From contig CAWIIB010000001.1 in assembly GCA_963836075.1 (NCBI GenBank), forward strand, positions 1,504,001-1,568,000: a stretch of DNA of 64,000 nucleotides. The letters are read 5' to 3'. The stretch comes from an uncultured Acidobacteriota bacterium. Its GTDB lineage: Bacteria; Acidobacteriota; JAQAZP01. Below the pieces are notes generated by a model. It saw only the letters and a program-made list of their open reading frames with translations. It did not search any database and was not told the DNA's origin. A program made the position numbers and the translations under genes. This document shows positions 60,801-64,000 of this stretch, piece by piece (the first letter of the stretch is position 1; each line of letters begins with the position of its first letter).

Positions 60801-63800
60801 GGTCACCGCGTTGAGCGTGGCGGTGATGTGGCAGGTAAATCCGTCCACCCACTGCTTCGGGCCTTCATTGGCGCTGAGCGCCAGTTCCAGCTGAAGCAGG
60901 TGCTCCGCCGGGCAGGTGCCCAACACGGTGAAACCGAAGTCGTCCAGCGACGTGCCGGCCGAGCCCGGTTCGATGTCCGGCATCTCCTCCACGGTGTCGG
61001 TGAGCTGGATATAGGGGTCGTCGGACATGAGCACCGCGGTGACACCGCTGGCGGTGACCGTGCCCCGGTTGACCAGCGAGACCTGCAGTTCGATGGTCTC
61101 GTTCGCTTCGGGATTGCCGTTGCCGTTGCCCTGGCTCTCGCCGAGGTTGTCGTCGTCGATACGGTGGTTGAGGTAGAACAGGATCGGGCTCGACTGCACG
61201 GTGAAGGTCACCGGAACGGCCAGCGTGGGCTCATCGGGATCGTTGCTCTCCAGGATCACTTCGGAGCTGTAGATACCGGCCCCCAGATCCGTGGCATCGC
61301 AGTTGACGGTGACCAGCGCCGACCCTCCGGGCGCCACCTGCCCCGAACCGGGCACCACGGTGATCCAGGGCGCCCCGGCGGTGAACGTGCCGTCCAGTTC
61401 CCGGGTGCCCAGGTTCTCCACCAGCAGGTCAACGCTGGTGTCCACGCCCTCGAAACAGAACGGGTCCAGGGTGGCGGGGGTGACGGCCACGTCCGGATCG
61501 GACTGGCCCACCAGGGAGAAAGCGCTGGCCCACTGGTGCCCGCCGTCAGCGGTCACGTCCACGCCGAACCCCAGGGCCTGGCCGTCGGGACAGGTCACGT
61601 CCAGCTCCACCACGTAGGTCCCGCTGCCGCTGGCCGAGGCGTCCGGGTCGATGTCGCCGTAGGAGACCGAATCGGCATGGATGGTGACCAGCGGGTCGCC
61701 GCTGGACAGAACCGCCGCCACTGTAGTGGCAGCCTCCACCCCGTAGTTCCGCAGCGTCACGGTGAGGTTCACCGTTTCCCCGGCATCCAGCAGGCCGTTG
61801 CCGTTGCCGCCGGAATCGTCGATGGTCCAGTTGGAGAAGGCGACGTACGGGCCGGAGGGCGGGATCACCTCCACGTCGGCCTGGTAGCGGTAGCAGTTGA
61901 CCTTGGTCACGGTCACGGTCACCGGCGGCAGGCCGGGCAACTGCCCCGGCACGGTCACGTCCACCGGCGCACCGGTGCCCTCGGCTGTGCCGAGGATCTC
62001 TCCGCCCCGGGTCAGCGCGATCAGCGACCCCTCCGGCGCGGTGACGGTGAAGAAGGGCACCATGGAGAGCAGCGCCGCACCGTGGGTCACGCTCATACTG
62101 CCGGGTACTTCGGAGTAGAGGGTGGTGAAGGGATCGGCGTGGGCGTGGAACAGATAGTAGGTGATCTCCTTGTCCGAGGGGTTGTAGGGCCAGTTGGAGG
62201 CCTCGAGGAAGTACTTGCCGCTGGCGTTGGCAAAGGCCGGCCGCAGGTCGTCCCGGCCCGGGTCCCGCCCGGTGGTGGGATAGCTGGGGTCGAAATCGGG
62301 CCACATGGAATCGTAGGAGCCGAAGACGTAGGTGTCGTTGACAAAGGAATAGGAGACGTCGGTGGCCGCGGTGATCCCCAGCGCGCCGCCCTCCATGCGG
62401 TGGAACACCTCGGCGAAGCACTCACCGCTCATGTCGAACATCCCGGTGAGGCAGTTGATGGAGAAAACCCAGGGCAGCAGGTCGCCATTGTCGATCCCCG
62501 AGAGGTCGGAGATGCCGTAGTCCGGTTCGCCCCACCCGGTCTCGCTGCCATGGTCCCGGTGCTGCAGGACAAAGCAGCCGGCATTGATCCCGGCATTGAT
62601 CCCCGCCGCCGACCCGCTGTTCCAGTCGATGGCCGGCTGGGTGTCGGGGATGTAGTTCAGCCCGGCCGTGCCGAAGTGCTCCACCAGCATCCAGGTGTTG
62701 GAGTTGGTGGACCAGGGATCGCCGGGGTCGGGGCTGCCGGAGTAGACGTTGTATTGCCGTAACGGGGTCTTTCCCAGTTCGTTGGCCCAGAACCCGCGAA
62801 CGATCTCGGTGCAGATCTGGAACCAGCGCTCGGTCTGGAAGCCGCAGGCCACCATGGGGTTGTTGTAAAAATCGGGCACGGTGGGCGGCGACTGCTCGTA
62901 GTCCAGCACCTTGTTGATCATCACCGCCAGTTCGGCGGCGTTGCGGGCGGTGATCCGGCCGGCCACCACGTCGGGCAGGTCGTCACCGTCCACGTCGGCA
63001 TAGACGTTGTCCGAGACATAGTAGCCGTGGGTCGGGCTCACCACCCCGCCCGGCTGCCCGTCAGCCGCATGGTCGCCGAGGAAGAGCACGGCCACCGGGG
63101 CCGTGCCCCAGGTGTTGTAGGCATCGTCGATGAACGATTCGATGGACGCGGCGTAGTTGCCCCCCATCTCGGTGACGGTGAAGACCTGGGAGGAGATACC
63201 CTGCAGCTGGCGGAAGTCGGCCAGGGTCTGGCCCCAGCTGATGAAGTCGGGATCGTCGGGCACGACGATGATGTATTCCACGCCGTCCAGCCCCCGGTAG
63301 TCCCGCCCGCTGTAATCCACCTCGGGCAAAAGATCGAAGTTGACCAGCTGCTTTTCCAGGATCGGGTCCCAGTGGCGGGAGCGCAGACGTTCGGTGCCCA
63401 CGGTTCCCTCACCGCCGCTGAAGGTCAGCCGGATTCGCAGATCGGTGTAGACAGTCAGCTCACCGGTCACCGGGTTGTAGCCGAAGGGCGTTATCCCCAG
63501 CATCCGTGTCTCCACCCCCCGCAGGTAGCGCCTGGTGGACATGGTCACCGGCTGCGCCGGCCACACCGCGTTGGTGCTGTAAATCACCGGGTCTTTTACC
63601 GGCAAAGGCGTCGGTTCCGTTTCCAGGGGGATCCTCGCCGCGGGCAGGACATTGATGCCGCTGAGGGTCCGGGTGCGGGACTGCAGGACTTCAACCTCGA
63701 TTTTGGCCCCGTTGGGCACTGCCACCAGCCGCCCGGCGCCGGGCAGGTTGGGCATGCCCGGTCCGGTGGGCAGCATGGCCCCGGGGATGGAGACCTGGGT

Positions 63801-64000
63801 GAAGGCCTCCCCGGACACCGTCAGCGGTGAGAGGGTCAGCGAGGGGAGCGAGAAGACCAGCTCCACCCCGCCGCGGTCGCTGCGGGCCACGGTGAATCCC
63901 GCCTCGCCCCAGCCCTTGTCAAAAACCAGTTGCTGAACCTGCGGCGCGGAGGTTGCCGGCAGCGCCGGAACCACGAGGACTAGAACAGCGATGAGCAGTT
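57825..64000 (-). CDS. Giant (>2050 aa) gingipain-like C25 cysteine peptidase with Ig-like/carboxypeptidase-regulatory-like repeats and CTD-B (start beyond window)
   Basis: C25 propeptide, SDNVYAD...GRI, catalytic HRDHG and FSINCLTG, C25_C region, three NGNG..(D/E)xGE domains, C-terminal FG-GAP module. Confidence 0.88.
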   Translation of the reverse strand, partial: LLIAVLVLVVPALPATSAPQVQQLVFDKGWGEAGFTVARSDRGGVELVFSLPSLTLSPLTVSGEAFTQVSIPGAMLPTGPGMPNLPGAGRLVAVPNGAKIEVEVLQSRTRTLSGINVLPAARIPLETEPTPLPVKDPVIYSTNAVWPAQPVTMSTRRYLRGVETRMLGITPFGYNPVTGELTVYTDLRIRLTFSGGEGTVGTERLRSRHWDPILEKQLVNFDLLPEVDYSGRDYRGLDGVEYIIVVPDDPDFISWGQTLADFRQLQGISSQVFTVTEMGGNYAASIESFIDDAYNTWGTAPVAVLFLGDHAADGQPGGVVSPTHGYYVSDNVYADVDGDDLPDVVAGRITARNAAELAVMINKVLDYEQSPPTVPDFYNNPMVACGFQTERWFQICTEIVRGFWANELGKTPLRQYNVYSGSPDPGDPWSTNSNTWMLVEHFGTAGLNYIPDTQPAIDWNSGSAAGINAGINAGCFVLQHRDHGSETGWGEPDYGISDLSGIDNGDLLPWVFSINCLTGMFDMSGECFAEVFHRMEGGALGITAATDVSYSFVNDTYVFGSYDSMWPDFDPSYPTTGRDPGRDDLRPAFANASGKYFLEASNWPYNPSDKEITYYLFHAHADPFTTLYSEVPGSMSVTHGAALLSMVPFFTVTAPEGSLIALTRGGEILGTAEGTGAPVDVTVPGQLPGLPPVTVTVTKVNCYRYQADVEVIPPSGPYVAFSNWTIDDSGGNGNGLLDAGETVNLTVTLRNYGVEAATTVAAVLSSGDPLVTIHADSVSYGDIDPDASASGSGTYVVELDVTCPDGQALGFGVDVTADGGHQWASAFSLVGQSDPDVAVTPATLDPFCFEGVDTSVDLLVENLGTRELDGTFTAGAPWITVVPGSGQVAPGGSALVTVNCDATDLGAGIYSSEVILESNDPDEPTLAVPVTFTVQSSPILFYLNHRIDDDNLGESQGNGNGNPEANETIELQVSLVNRGTVTASGVTAVLMSDDPYIQLTDTVEEMPDIEPGSAGTSLDDFGFTVLGTCPAEHLLQLELALSANEGPKQWVDGFTCHITATLNAVTGQVTELGSGMPLPAAMVTLSGPGTDRSFGTNELGHYFAYGLASGSYTVMAGAAGYSDAVPLQVTLPPNAVADFALGASDIAVTPESFSVSLPPWSELQLPFRVDNLGDVTLDFEVQVDGAGVGIQEETLGSTYDSYSGGYRTRGNVYHVDSETLLREVRFMLNMTSATNLVHVVYEGDSLTGSYQRVFGVEVAEPGGGTAWYSSGPIELELEEGKYYFIGCAFDSSCTYYRGPGYPPYTTTFGTLQTGVVDDVYPPPDPYSQSDTGINAYHQMLVTGTGYWAEPDIQAGSVAPGGNQQLMVNFSSLDMAFGVHEAQFLLHTNDPDENPLAVPLTIEVFDGPVIAYQDHLVDDDSQGSSQGDGDGVPEAGESVEIPLTLVNNGAAAAQAVTATIEVNDCAWVTVTDDSETWNDIPAGGSAVSLDDFDLYISPSCPNGTTFTVELTIASQGVSGVWRGAFELTVEALSRIAGVVDDMSGGTGLEGAVVTYSGPSSGSVIAGQGGEYDIVGLEPGTYTLTASADGYLDSAPAEATLPPDAAVNFHLGRPNVVVTPTELQLMLYEETWEATALFIGNTGSVELSFQLQSDVGWISFQPASGQVAPGGSVEIQVIFAAGGLSTGTHQGTIQVLSDDPDSGVVTVPALMMAYRTLILTGPGPAQANPALVRTFRRTLNDWYEFSDEFTAYGADRYGVNVAAADIDGDLFDEILTGPGPGTAFGPLVRAFEMDGSPVDGGAAMVMAYGTLNYGVGVAGGDLDGDGRDEIITGPGPGAVFGPHARAFSYDPVARVVSPLPGVSFLAYNTNKFGLNVTAGDVDGDGFDEIITGPGPGGMFGPHLRGWNVDGAAAVVIPQINCFAYDAACRFGIRVACGDLDGDGRDEIVTGPGPDPAMGPRVCGWSYEEGTLAPMPSVDFFPYDQTTGYGVVVACGDLDDDGIDELITVPGPSEAFPCHVRGFNYDGVALTPMPRVNFIAYDPELVRQGGRLAAGNFGEE

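Noticed and set aside
515-62762. Many long antisense or alternate-frame ORFs (e.g. 515..2722, 5463..7169, 17896..19890, 39633..42260, 53102..55039, 59757..62762)
   Set aside because: They are shadow ORFs of high-GC genes with no motifs, and each overlaps a well-supported CDS.

Overview
This is a GC-rich window from a Gram-negative (diderm) bacterium, probably an uncultured lineage (inference). I found no rRNA, tRNA or CRISPR array. There are two main themes. (1) Ten secreted proteins with varied N-terminal domains each end in one of two conserved, mutually exclusive C-terminal modules. The cargo includes a gingipain-like C25 protease, a peptidyl-arginine/agmatine deiminase, a pyroglutamyl peptidase, a CRTAC1/ASPIC-UnbV protein, alpha/beta hydrolases, beta-helix proteins and a beta-propeller. 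CTD-A is a ~115-aa domain with the motif DVTPAP(Y/F)NQPP; CTD-B is a ~330-aa FG-GAP-type propeller with GAGPGAVFGPHVRG repeats. Both sit where Bacteroidota homologues carry a T9SS CTD, and both follow the same linker on paralogous cargo, which suggests an undescribed sorting, anchoring or docking system. (2) A ~10 kb extracellular electron transfer cluster encodes cytochrome c3, two CbcL-like multiheme/cytochrome b proteins (19 and 11 CXXCH), an MtrA/DmsE-like decaheme and an MtrB-like porin. The porin carries its own CXXCH plus an in-frame UGA followed by a SECIS-like hairpin, so it is a probable selenoprotein. The cluster also has an ArsR regulator with a candidate operator and is interrupted by a RAYT transposase with REP-like ends. 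Other genes are three radical SAM enzymes, Mn/Fe-SOD, a rhodanese and several accessory genes. Six small frameshifts in the first 31 kb are most likely read or assembly errors.
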